This document shows positions 1 through 9,049 of a DNA stretch of 64,000 nt, piece by piece; the first letter of the stretch is position 1; each line of letters starts with the position of its first letter. The stretch is taken from positions 1 to 64,000 of IMG/VR virus record IMGVR_UViG_3300047353_000337; one strand, 5' to 3'. This stretch comes from a virus. A program made the translations under genes and the position numbers. The notes below the pieces were generated by a model, which ran no database searches, was not told the origin of the DNA, and worked only from the letters and a program-made list of their open reading frames with translations.

Positions 1-433
1 TACGCTCAAACTACTTACACTTCGTTTTGATTAAAGTAATAGATATGAATTAAAGCAATATTACGTAGTAATATTGTAATTGCTTCATGTAGATTGTTTC
101 AGTCAGACGGAACCTACTACGGTTCCATCTAATCTCAAAGTTTGCACTTCATGTGAGTTCGTCACAGCCGAGATTCGGAAGTAGGTGTTTTCACTGTTCA
201 ATGGGCTCTGACCTTTCCCAACCTACGTCGACATCGCTTACGCTACCTCTCGCTTCGTTCCTGTTGCTAAAGAGTTTTTATGAACATTGTGGTTCTTGAC
301 TAACAGCAACTAGCCTATATTGATCGTTATGGTTCGTATGAATCAATATGTTTCGTGTGTGGTTCTCACGCCACCCTTTACACAGCGGAATTATCTATCT
401 GGCCCGCTATCCTTATGTGCTGTATTGATTTGC
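1..433 (-). ncRNA. Candidate large structured non-coding RNA downstream of the GIY-YIG gene (3' end may run beyond the window edge)
   Basis: No ORF. Inverted repeats at 56-64/68-76, 103-114/121-132, 152-156/162-166, 168-171/175-178, 181-186/221-226 enclosing 202-205/217-220, 263-269/304-310, 317-325/341-349, 359-362/371-374 and 383-388/404-409. Plus-strand C.A mismatches in these stems become G.U wobbles on the minus strand. Family not recognised. Confidence 0.65.
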
Positions 434-856
434 CTATATATTTTGTAAGTGTTCTTTTAGAATTTTTGATCCACCAACTCTAACATTAATAATACCATTA
501 TAGTATTCATCTGTTTCGAGTACTCTGCGTTCAAACTGTTCTCGTGCCTCTAAGTAACTTGCAATGCCTCTGCTTGGACAATAATGTAATATTTCTCTAG
601 TAAAGTTATCTTCGCCTAGTTGTTCAACGTCTGCGTTAAGTCTATCACTAGATCCCCAATAAGTTTGCCAGTCACTTTCTTTTGTTCCACGTCTTTTGTT
701 TTTTTTGCCTTTTAGCGGGGGCTTTGTTGTCTTGAATTTTGCTAGTTTTTTGCCTACGTACTTCATGCCATTGACTTTATTTGTTATCAAGTAGACAAAT
801 GCTTCAACGCCTTCAGGCATTTCTTTCACTTTTTTACCTTGATAAGTCCATTGCAT
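434..856 (-). CDS. Stand-alone GIY-YIG family endonuclease (catalytic domain only)
   Basis: FVYLITN...KYVGKK (GIY-YIG signature), DWQTYWGSS, conserved Glu (LEAREQ) and YYN; 140 aa with no C-terminal DNA-binding module. Confidence 0.8.
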   Translation of the reverse strand: MQWTYQGKKVKEMPEGVEAFVYLITNKVNGMKYVGKKLAKFKTTKPPLKGKKNKRRGTKESDWQTYWGSSDRLNADVEQLGEDNFTREILHYCPSRGIASYLEAREQFERRVLETDEYYNGIINVRVGGSKILKEHLQNI

Positions 857-861
857 ATTGG

Positions 862-867
862 TACTTA
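862..867 (-). promoter_or_regulatory. Putative late promoter TAAGTA, 5 nt upstream of the GIY-YIG ATG
   Basis: Minus strand reads GGTAAGTACCAATATG; variant of the T4-type late motif TATAAATA; no Shine-Dalgarno. Confidence 0.45.
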
Positions 868-874
868 CCGTTGC

Positions 875-1075
875 CTATGATTCTGGGGCCTCGTTCTTGG
901 AATTATGCTTGTGATGTATCTCGTCCATACGTTCTTTTGCTAGTGATCGTATCTCACGTAACCACTTTCTGCTCTCACGATGCGTTCGTACAGAGTTACG
1001 AGCCTCAAACTTTTCGTTTGCCTTAAAGTATGCCATATATGCCTTAGTCAATTTATCGTGTGTATCGTCATTCAT
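875..1075 (-). CDS. Small basic helical protein, possibly histone-H1/Hc1-like nucleic-acid-binding phage protein
   Basis: 66 aa; YFKANEKFE...RESRKWLREIRSLAKERMDEI pattern; start overlaps the gp46 stop. Confidence 0.5.
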   Translation of the reverse strand: MNDDTHDKLTKAYMAYFKANEKFEARNSVRTHRESRKWLREIRSLAKERMDEIHHKHNSKNEAPES

Positions 1076-2843
1076 TGTGTATTTCTACATCGTTCTCATA
1101 TGATGTAAAGCCATTTTCCTTTATAACCTTAAGAACGTGTGTTACTCTTCCTACTAATTCATCTTTATGGGATATAAGATAAACATTCTTCTGTCTTTCT
1201 CTACCCATCTTCTTCAAAATACCTAAAGAGTTTTCAACTCCGCTAGTATCCATTCCGCTATCAATCAACTCATCAATAAACAATAAGTTGATATTCTGAT
1301 ATAAACTTTCCCAAACATCTCTAAATGCAAAACTCATACCAAGTATAAGTCTATTACGCTCGCCCCTACTTAAATTATCAAAGTCTAGGTCTTGTCCTAG
1401 TTGTGTAATCTCAACTGACAAGTCATTTTGGAATACAACACTATGTGGTAATCCAAGTTTGTCAAGATAATTTGTAAGTCTGTTGTTTAGGTATGCTAAG
1501 TTTTGATCAATAATTTTCTTACGAATAAAACTATCTTTGTTTGTTAATAGTTTTAACATAAAGTCTTGATGTTCTTTTAGACTTGTCAAATTGTTTACAG
1601 TGTCCCAGTTAATTTCTTGGATAGCACTATTGTTTAATTCATCAATTTGTTCTTGATACGGATCAATTTCAGTTTTAGAACGATCAAGTGCTTCTTGTAA
1701 TTGTGCTACGTTTTGTTTATGATCATATACTTCTTTAATAGTTTCATAGAACGCTGTAGGCTTACCATTAATATCACCAATGTCAGTAAGAGACTTTGTT
1801 ACATCTATAACTTTATCACTTACTTCTGTTTGATATGCTATTGCATCTTCAAGTTCTTTATTCTTTTTAACTGCTAGTTCTTCTTTTTTCTCATCATGTA
1901 GCTCTTGACCACATGTATGACATGTACCTTGATCTAAGTTTTCTGCATCTTTTTGTGCTTTTTCAACACTTCTATCTGCACGTACTAATGCTGGCTCTAA
2001 TGTGCTTAACTCTTTTTTAAGAGCCAAAATAGCATTATTTTTTTCTTCCCAAGTAGATAGTTTTTCGTGTTTATCTAGTTCATCTTCTACATCTAAATGT
2101 TCTAATTCGTCAATTGAGCGTTCTAGTTTAGCAATGTCTTCTTTTTGTTTTGTATTCCAAGCACTTTGTTTTGTTTGCAAACTACGTACAGTTTCACCAA
2201 TACGTGTATTACTAGTTTCAATAGCATTAATACGAGCCGTTTCGTCTGTAATTGCTTCTTTAGTTTGTCTTACTTTTTCTTTAAGTACTTCTGCCTTTTC
2301 AGACAATATTGTAATACCAAGTAATTGTTCAATAATATCTTTTTGATCATTAACTCGCATACTTAAGAACGGTTCTGTGTATGTGTTTAGTGCAACAATA
2401 TGCTTAAACATATTATGCGACATACCTAATAGATGTATAATGTCTTCTTGCGTTTTACGTGAATCGCCTTGCGACTCATCTAGCATTTCTTGCTCTTGAC
2501 CGTCTACATAAAACTTTAATAAGTTAGGACCACGTCCTCTTTCAATCTTATAATCACGCCCATCTTTTTCAAAAGACAGCGTAACTAACATACCTTTGTT
2601 GTTAGTTTTATTAATTAAATTATTGCGTTTAATATTTGTTAAAGCAAGCCCGTATAAGGCATAACTTAATGCATTAATAATAGTAGTCTTACCTGTACCG
2701 TTACGTGATCCGCTATCATCGCCACCTTGGTCAAGGTTTTCTCCTAGCACAAGTGTTAGTTGTTGTTTATCAAAATCAACTGCTTGGGTCTGATTGCCCA
2801 CACTCATGAAGTTCTTTACGGTTAAACTTTTTATTTTAATCAT
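1068..2843 (-). CDS. gp46: Recombination endonuclease ATPase subunit (T4 gp46 / SbcC / Rad50-like)
   Basis: Walker A NGTGKTT, coiled coils, zinc hook CHTCG, signature LSRGE, Walker B FIDELID, H-loop ISH. Confidence 0.93.
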   Translation of the reverse strand: MIKIKSLTVKNFMSVGNQTQAVDFDKQQLTLVLGENLDQGGDDSGSRNGTGKTTIINALSYALYGLALTNIKRNNLINKTNNKGMLVTLSFEKDGRDYKIERGRGPNLLKFYVDGQEQEMLDESQGDSRKTQEDIIHLLGMSHNMFKHIVALNTYTEPFLSMRVNDQKDIIEQLLGITILSEKAEVLKEKVRQTKEAITDETARINAIETSNTRIGETVRSLQTKQSAWNTKQKEDIAKLERSIDELEHLDVEDELDKHEKLSTWEEKNNAILALKKELSTLEPALVRADRSVEKAQKDAENLDQGTCHTCGQELHDEKKEELAVKKNKELEDAIAYQTEVSDKVIDVTKSLTDIGDINGKPTAFYETIKEVYDHKQNVAQLQEALDRSKTEIDPYQEQIDELNNSAIQEINWDTVNNLTSLKEHQDFMLKLLTNKDSFIRKKIIDQNLAYLNNRLTNYLDKLGLPHSVVFQNDLSVEITQLGQDLDFDNLSRGERNRLILGMSFAFRDVWESLYQNINLLFIDELIDSGMDTSGVENSLGILKKMGRERQKNVYLISHKDELVGRVTHVLKVIKENGFTSYENDVEIHNE

Positions 2844-3850
2844 AGTTCGTCATAAATTCCCAATAATAACTTCTTGTCGTAGTTTTCTGTATCCAATGCA
2901 GTAATTTCTTTAGTAACAATTTCATCTACACTTTCAAATGTACTAATGTCAATGTCTGTATGTATTTCTTCGTCTTGCTGACTAGGAATTAATGTAATTT
3001 CTCTGCAATCGTATTCATTAATAAATGTTTCTTTGATAAAACTTGCTTCCTCGTAACTAATTGGAAGATCAAGTGTTACTCTAAGATACATTTTGTTTTT
3101 AAGTAGTGTGTCTTTTTCGTCTAGTAGTTGACTAAGTTTAACTGTACGATACTTAGGACAGTCAAGCCAATCAATATAATGAGGTTCTTTGTTATTTTCT
3201 TTATCAAGTATCATCATTCCACGTTTATCATCCCATGCATCTGCATAGTTGTGTGGAAAAGCATTACCCATGTAATGTACTGCACCTTGTACTTGACGTT
3301 TGTGGAAGTGTCCACTAAACACATAATCTTGATGTTTGAAATGTTCAGCTTTTAATTCACCGTGATCAGGCATCTGTACCATTGCGTTCATATAGAAACT
3401 AGGCAGTTCAAAGTGACCAAACATATATTTTGTTTTTATGCTACTAATCTTCTTCCATTCTTCGCCAACAAGCCAAGGAACTAATGCAACATCATCTTCA
3501 ACTAGTATTTCATCAACATATGTAATACCAGGAATATGTTTACCAAACTCTACACTGTAAACATCACGTTTGTCTTTGTAGTACAAGTCGTGATTACCTG
3601 CAAAAAAGTAAAACTTTTCAAATGCCGCACCTAATTTTTCTAGGCAACGTGTAGTTGCATCTAGTGTTTGTACATTAATGGTATTTCTATTGTGATGCCA
3701 ATCACCACAAAAAATACCGGTTTCACAACCGTTAGCTTTTGCTTGTTCAATAAACCAATCTACAAAGTCTTCACAATCTTGTAGGTGTAGTCTACTGTTA
3801 GACTTCAATCCAAGATGAATATCTGTAAATACTGCCGCTTTTTTAAACAT
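2840..3850 (-). CDS. gp47: Recombination endonuclease nuclease subunit (T4 gp47 / SbcD / Mre11-like)
   Basis: Metallophosphoesterase motifs DIHLG, GDWHH, GNHD, GHF, GHFH; adjacent to gp46. Confidence 0.93.
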   Translation of the reverse strand: MFKKAAVFTDIHLGLKSNSRLHLQDCEDFVDWFIEQAKANGCETGIFCGDWHHNRNTINVQTLDATTRCLEKLGAAFEKFYFFAGNHDLYYKDKRDVYSVEFGKHIPGITYVDEILVEDDVALVPWLVGEEWKKISSIKTKYMFGHFELPSFYMNAMVQMPDHGELKAEHFKHQDYVFSGHFHKRQVQGAVHYMGNAFPHNYADAWDDKRGMMILDKENNKEPHYIDWLDCPKYRTVKLSQLLDEKDTLLKNKMYLRVTLDLPISYEEASFIKETFINEYDCREITLIPSQQDEEIHTDIDISTFESVDEIVTKEITALDTENYDKKLLLGIYDEL

Positions 3851-3869
3851 CCGTACTCCTCTTTTGTAT

Positions 3870-3898
3870 ATTATACGTTATATTTTAATATAAGTCAA
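3870..3898 (-). promoter_or_regulatory. Sigma70-type promoter for gp47-gp46
   Basis: Minus strand TTGACT-17 nt-TATAAT, then AGGAG RBS and ATG at 3850; the -35 overlaps the upstream stop codon. Confidence 0.8.
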
Positions 3899-4740
3899 GC
3901 GTTTTTGGATGGATTTGGAACAGGTTTAGCTTCTTGTGTTTTAACACGATCCCATTCGCCTTGTGCTTGCCTAGTATAACTAGGATTCATATTGTTCATT
4001 TCTAATATATCATCTCTAATATTCTGATTGCGTTTTTCAATATTAATAACTCTTACAAATGAGTTAGTAACTGCCGCAGTATAATAAGCAAACGGATTGT
4101 TAGACTTTGATTCGTCAAACTGTAAACCAATTTGTGCTAACTGTAGAATTGCTTGTCCACGCATTTCATCATTGTAAGTATATCCACGTACATTGCCTCT
4201 TGTTGCGTATCTATCACATAACTTCATCCACATCATAGCAAGTTTGTTAGTTGCTTTACCGTGTGCTTTGTTAAAGTATCCGTTATCCATACCACCTTCC
4301 CAGTGGCTTTTTCCAACACACACTAAACTATCACCGTCGTCAAATTTATAATGTTGAAAAGGAGGAAAGTTTAACTTAACTCTATAGTCTGCTGGTGTTT
4401 TAGGATTCTTTTTCCGTCCCGGTTCTTCTGGAATATGTTCAAATGACATAATCCTAAAAATTAACTCGTCTTTTTGTATCTTTCTATAGTCAATTTCAAA
4501 CTCAGCAAGTTTTACTCTTTTACCTGCTAATTTTGCGGCTTCAAAGGCTTGTTGCTGTAAGCGTTTTGCTTTATTGCGTTTTGCTTCAGCTATTGTTCTA
4601 ATATTAATTTTACCAATTTCTGGTAAGATTATATCAAATTGGCCATATTCAGGATCAACATAACTACAGAATGTAGTCTTTGATTTGTGTATTTCCTTTA
4701 ATATGTCCTTGTTGTTTAGATAATTTACACGTTTATTCAT
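3895..4740 (-). CDS. gp55: Late-transcription sigma factor (T4 gp55-like)
   Basis: NYLNNKDIL N-terminus; GYTYNDEM...FDESKSNNPFAYYT...RVINIEK motifs; T4-like gp55-gp47-gp46 gene order. Confidence 0.8.
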   Translation of the reverse strand: MNKRVNYLNNKDILKEIHKSKTTFCSYVDPEYGQFDIILPEIGKINIRTIAEAKRNKAKRLQQQAFEAAKLAGKRVKLAEFEIDYRKIQKDELIFRIMSFEHIPEEPGRKKNPKTPADYRVKLNFPPFQHYKFDDGDSLVCVGKSHWEGGMDNGYFNKAHGKATNKLAMMWMKLCDRYATRGNVRGYTYNDEMRGQAILQLAQIGLQFDESKSNNPFAYYTAAVTNSFVRVINIEKRNQNIRDDILEMNNMNPSYTRQAQGEWDRVKTQEAKPVPNPSKNA

Positions 4741-4762
4741 ATTTTCTCCAATTGTTTGTTAT

Positions 4763-4791
4763 ATTATAAACTACTCTGTTAATAAAGTCAA
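4763..4791 (-). promoter_or_regulatory. Sigma70-type promoter for gp55
   Basis: Minus strand TTGACT-17 nt-TATAAT, followed by GGAG RBS before ATG 4740. Confidence 0.8.
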
Positions 4792-4792
4792 C

Positions 4793-4798
4793 TAAATA
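4793..4798 (+). promoter_or_regulatory. Putative late promoter (TAAATA) heading the baseplate operon
   Basis: CTAAATAATG, upstream of AGGAG RBS and ATG 4822. Confidence 0.55.
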
Positions 4799-4821
4799 AT
4801 GTATATAGGAGACAATTAATT

Positions 4822-5739
4822 ATGGCAAGAGAAGACGGACCAGGTACACGACAAGGAACCCCGCCAAAAGGTAAAACAGGCACTAAATCGGCAGGACAAA
4901 ATCCATTAACTAACATTCCTGAATTTGTTTCAGGCGGTATCGAAAAAATGAAAGATATCGGCCAAGACATGTTTTCAGACGTAGCAGGAGATTTAGGCTC
5001 TAAGATGCGAGGCAAAAATCTTCCTGGAAAAGGTTCTAATAATTTTGAAGCTAAAGAAAAAGCATATTTTAGTACTGAACTTGAAAATAAAGATTGGCGA
5101 GTCAAATTATCTGTTCCTCCGTCAATTGCCGCAGATGGGTTGCTGTCTCCCTTACAAGAATCTACTACAGGTGGACACATGGTTTTTCCTTATACACCTA
5201 CAATTATTATTAGTCATTCAGCCGCATATAATACTGTAAGCCCTATACATAATAATTATCCGTTCTTTGCGTATCAGAACTCACAAGTGGAAGCAATGAC
5301 TATTGTAGGACAATTTTATTGTCAAAATAGTGTGGAAGCACGATATTGGATGGCATGTTTGCATTATTTAAGAACAATGACTAAAATGGATTATGGTTTG
5401 AACAGCACAGGATCTCCACCACCAATTGCAAAATTAAATGGATATGGAGATTATGTTTTTAATAATGTTCCAGTTATACTACAAAACTTTACAGTTGATA
5501 TGCCTAATGAAGTTGACTATATTAGCACAGCATTTACCACTGGACCAAAGTTGACAGGAGCAGACGCTCGCCAGGCTATGATGAATCCAGAAGGTGGAAC
5601 AAAACTTAATTATGGTTGGGCACCAGCAGAATCACAATTTTCAATTACTGTACAACCTATATACAGTAGAGCTAAACAGTCTCAATTTAACTATACAGAC
5701 TTTACTAACGGATCTAATCTTGGACAAGGATATATTTAA
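4822..5739 (+). CDS. Putative baseplate tail-tube initiator/cap protein (gp48/gp54-like)
   Basis: FPYTPTI...GSPPPIAKL.GYG..F.NVPV...F.VD.P pattern; first gene of a tube initiator-LysM-hub-spike-PAAR-gp25-gp6 order. Confidence 0.5.
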   Translation: MAREDGPGTRQGTPPKGKTGTKSAGQNPLTNIPEFVSGGIEKMKDIGQDMFSDVAGDLGSKMRGKNLPGKGSNNFEAKEKAYFSTELENKDWRVKLSVPPSIAADGLLSPLQESTTGGHMVFPYTPTIIISHSAAYNTVSPIHNNYPFFAYQNSQVEAMTIVGQFYCQNSVEARYWMACLHYLRTMTKMDYGLNSTGSPPPIAKLNGYGDYVFNNVPVILQNFTVDMPNEVDYISTAFTTGPKLTGADARQAMMNPEGGTKLNYGWAPAESQFSITVQPIYSRAKQSQFNYTDFTNGSNLGQGYI

Positions 5740-6026
5740 TGAGTAGCCCATACAAAAATACACAATCGCAACTAAACGGTGCTCTTGATATTTTAACAAT
5801 CAGACCTGTGCCAGCATATGCTGATGATCCGTTATATACTATTGAGCCACAGTATACACATAGACCAGATTTACTAGCTCATGATATGTACGGGTCAAAC
5901 AGACTATGGTGGATATTTGCACAACGAAACTTAGACGTTATCGAGGATCCTATTTACGATATGGTTCCAGGTGTACAAATTTTTTTGCCGGACCCTAAAC
6001 GTGTTAAAGAACTAATAGGAGAATAA
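5739..6026 (+). CDS. Baseplate wedge protein, gp53-like LysM fold
   Basis: RPDLLAHDMYGSNRLWWIFAQRN motif. Confidence 0.7.
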   Translation: MSSPYKNTQSQLNGALDILTIRPVPAYADDPLYTIEPQYTHRPDLLAHDMYGSNRLWWIFAQRNLDVIEDPIYDMVPGVQIFLPDPKRVKELIGE

Positions 6027-6028
6027 AT

Positions 6029-9000
6029 TTGTCTACATACCGAAAGGATCCTAAAACTGGACAAACACTAATCACTCCAGGTAATAAAGTAGATCCATTA
6101 AATAAAAACGGTAAAACATATAACGAGTTGGGTACAAAGCCTCCCAAACAACCTCCTCCGGCTGAAGGAGATCCAGAAGAAGCTAAAAAGTTTATGCGAG
6201 CCCTTGGCATGCATGGTCTTGCCGACATGTATGAAACAAACGGAGATGCGGCAGTAAAAAATCCTGGCCAGTTGCCACCTATGTTTCAGAACCATCCATT
6301 TGCTGGAGTTATTGAACAGCCAAATGTAACATCAAGTCCTACAGTTAAAATTTTAAATCCAGAGGAAATGTATCCTCAAGCACAAAATTATGGGTCACGA
6401 AGTGGCGGCGGAACAGCAACAGTTGGTGATGTTGCAAGAGTTAAGACACCACCTAAAAAAGTAGTATCTCAAATAGCACTAGAACCAGGATCATTACCTT
6501 TACCAAACGAATTAGAATCGTTTGCATCTTATAATAATATATTTTCTTTTGGCTGTCTAAGCCCGGAAGAACTAAATTTTCCAGATGACACTTATAGAAA
6601 AACTGGACTTAGAAATGGACACATGGTTCTTAAATCAGGCGGAGCATTTGATGGTACTCAAAAGCCAAGAACACATGCAGAGAAACACTACAACATAGAC
6701 ACACAATATTTTATAGATAATGTAGATATAGAAACTGTAATTGCACCAAACAAAAAAAGTAGAATGACTAACTTTCACAATTTAAGTTTTGAAGTTAGAG
6801 AACCATATAGTATGGGCCAACTTCTACAAACAATGCAATTAGCATCAACTAACGCAGGATATTCTAATTATTTAGAAGCACCTTGGTTACTAACAATTAA
6901 TTTTGTAGGCTGGCAGGATATAGGTGAAGGCGAAGTTAACCCTCAACTATCGGCGGCCAAACGATTGTTACCTTTAAAAATTGTAAGTGTTGATTTTAAT
7001 GTTGATACAGAAGGTTCAATTTATAGATTTTCTTGTAGTGCATTTAACGATGAAGCATTTATGGACGGAACACAAAACTTGCCATGTAATGTTACTATAC
7101 ACGGAACAGACCTTCAAGAAATTTGTCAATCAGGATTAGGAAGTTTAGCAACACAAATTAACACACACTTATTACAAAAACAAAAGTTTCAAAAAAACAA
7201 AATTGAAACGGATGAATTTGTATTTACTTTTCCATTAGATACTTCAAGTGCTTCAGCTTCAAATTTGTTAAAAAATGCTACAAATTCTGGAACAGCATAC
7301 GGCACGAATAAAGCAACTGAAGGAGATGAATACCTAGTTAAAGAAGGAATTGATTATGAAGCGGCCTTTACAACGATTGATTCTCGAAAAGATAGTGCAG
7401 GATATGTAGAAGACAACAACGATTGGGCCGCTGGTAAGACTCAGCAGAAAAAAGACTATGTTAATTCATTGTTAGGTTATAGTATTAAAAGAGGTAATCT
7501 AAGCGAAACAATTAAAAAAACGTTAGCAAACAGAGATGCAGGTATTAATGCTATTGGCAGAAATAAAATTACAACTGAAATACCAACAGCATATGGAGAT
7601 ACTCCATTTGGCAAATCAGGATTTGCTTTAAATCCTAAAACAATGACATATTCAAAAAATGGTACACAAATTAATCCAAAACAACGCACTATACAGTTTA
7701 GAGCCGGAACACCAATACAAAGGGTCCTTGAAGAACTTGTGTTGTTAAGTGCCTTTGGTGAAACTATAATGAGAAAAGAACTTCAAGCCAAAGACGGTAC
7801 TATACCTTGGTTTAGAGTTGAAGCTGATGTATATATTGTTGAAGATCAAGAAGCTGAAAAAGCACAAGGAAGAATGCCAAGAATCTATGTGTATAGAATT
7901 GTACCATATAGAGCAAATACAAGTATATTTAAACTACCTAATGATCCTCCAGCAGGATACAATAAACTAGTTGAAGATGCGGCCAAAGCATATAATTATA
8001 TGTATACAGGACTTAATAAAGATATTTTAGAATTCAATATTGAATTTAATAATGCATTTTATAAATCTATAGCAACTGATTACAATAATAAAAGCGGTAA
8101 CAATGATGCTTCAAATCAGTCTACAACAGAAAAAGGTACGCAACTTGAGTTAGACAACGATACTACAAATAGAACTGGTGCTAACGTAACAAACATACAA
8201 AACGATACATCACAGTCTAAATCAAACGAACTTGCTGGTGCAATGACCGAAACAGCAGAAAGAAGAATGGCTAGACAGTTTAACGAAGCTCTTGTAAATA
8301 GTGATGTTGACTTAATTACAATGACTATTAAAATTTTAGGAGATCCTTATTATATTGCAGATAGCGGAATGGGAAATTATAACTCAAGTGTAACTGAATG
8401 GACTAATGTTACTTCAGATGGAAGTATTAATCACCAGAACGGACAAGTTGATGTACTACTAAATTTTCTAACTCCTATAGATATTGACGATCAAATTGGA
8501 AATTATAAAATGGACGGTCCAGCAGTTGGAGTTTCAAACTTTAGTGGATTGTATACTGTTATTGGAGTCAATAATAACTTTTCAGGTAACTTGTTTACAC
8601 AAGAACTTGAACTAGTAAAACGTCCTAATTTTGATTTAAAAGATCTAGAAGAAGCGGCGGCAAAGAAAATACTAGATGAAGAAAAAGCATATATAAAAAG
8701 ACAAAATGAAGCTAGAAAATTTGGCGAAGATAGTCCTCAGTATAATTTTGCTGTAGCTGATAAAGACGGTGATGGCGTAATAAATGTTAGTGAACAACTA
8801 CAAGCCAATTTAACTGCTGAAGAAGCGGCTAAGTTAGCAAATAATAAAGATAAACCAAAACCATCACAACCAAAAGTAGCTAAAAATGCACAAGTTGAAT
8901 CAGATGCTAACTATCAAAGAGAAGCATTTGGAACAACAAGTAACCCAAATGCTGGTATAGATGGTGGCTATGGTCCAGATAACACAGCTAACTCTAACTC

Positions 9001-9043
9001 AGCTGAATTACCAGGCGATGACGGCGACTATGGAGTACAATAG
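6029..9043 (+). CDS. Baseplate hub protein (gp27/late-control-D-like), large
   Basis: 1004 aa between the LysM and spike genes; C-terminal I.GDPY...FSGLYTV..V.N.F..N.FTQ.LEL motif typical of hubs; TTG start uncertain. Confidence 0.55.
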   Translation: MSTYRKDPKTGQTLITPGNKVDPLNKNGKTYNELGTKPPKQPPPAEGDPEEAKKFMRALGMHGLADMYETNGDAAVKNPGQLPPMFQNHPFAGVIEQPNVTSSPTVKILNPEEMYPQAQNYGSRSGGGTATVGDVARVKTPPKKVVSQIALEPGSLPLPNELESFASYNNIFSFGCLSPEELNFPDDTYRKTGLRNGHMVLKSGGAFDGTQKPRTHAEKHYNIDTQYFIDNVDIETVIAPNKKSRMTNFHNLSFEVREPYSMGQLLQTMQLASTNAGYSNYLEAPWLLTINFVGWQDIGEGEVNPQLSAAKRLLPLKIVSVDFNVDTEGSIYRFSCSAFNDEAFMDGTQNLPCNVTIHGTDLQEICQSGLGSLATQINTHLLQKQKFQKNKIETDEFVFTFPLDTSSASASNLLKNATNSGTAYGTNKATEGDEYLVKEGIDYEAAFTTIDSRKDSAGYVEDNNDWAAGKTQQKKDYVNSLLGYSIKRGNLSETIKKTLANRDAGINAIGRNKITTEIPTAYGDTPFGKSGFALNPKTMTYSKNGTQINPKQRTIQFRAGTPIQRVLEELVLLSAFGETIMRKELQAKDGTIPWFRVEADVYIVEDQEAEKAQGRMPRIYVYRIVPYRANTSIFKLPNDPPAGYNKLVEDAAKAYNYMYTGLNKDILEFNIEFNNAFYKSIATDYNNKSGNNDASNQSTTEKGTQLELDNDTTNRTGANVTNIQNDTSQSKSNELAGAMTETAERRMARQFNEALVNSDVDLITMTIKILGDPYYIADSGMGNYNSSVTEWTNVTSDGSINHQNGQVDVLLNFLTPIDIDDQIGNYKMDGPAVGVSNFSGLYTVIGVNNNFSGNLFTQELELVKRPNFDLKDLEEAAAKKILDEEKAYIKRQNEARKFGEDSPQYNFAVADKDGDGVINVSEQLQANLTAEEAAKLANNKDKPKPSQPKVAKNAQVESDANYQREAFGTTSNPNAGIDGGYGPDNTANSNSAELPGDDGDYGVQ

Positions 9044-9049
9044 AACATA

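Noticed and set aside
1-433. Group I/II intron, hammerhead, tRNA, tmRNA, RNase P or CRISPR identity for the non-coding element
   Set aside because: I could not find intron P7 or domain V cores, a complete CUGANGA/GAAA hammerhead core, a cloverleaf, the RNase P GAGGAAAGUCC motif or regularly spaced repeats. It is left as an unassigned structured RNA; an Rfam search is needed.
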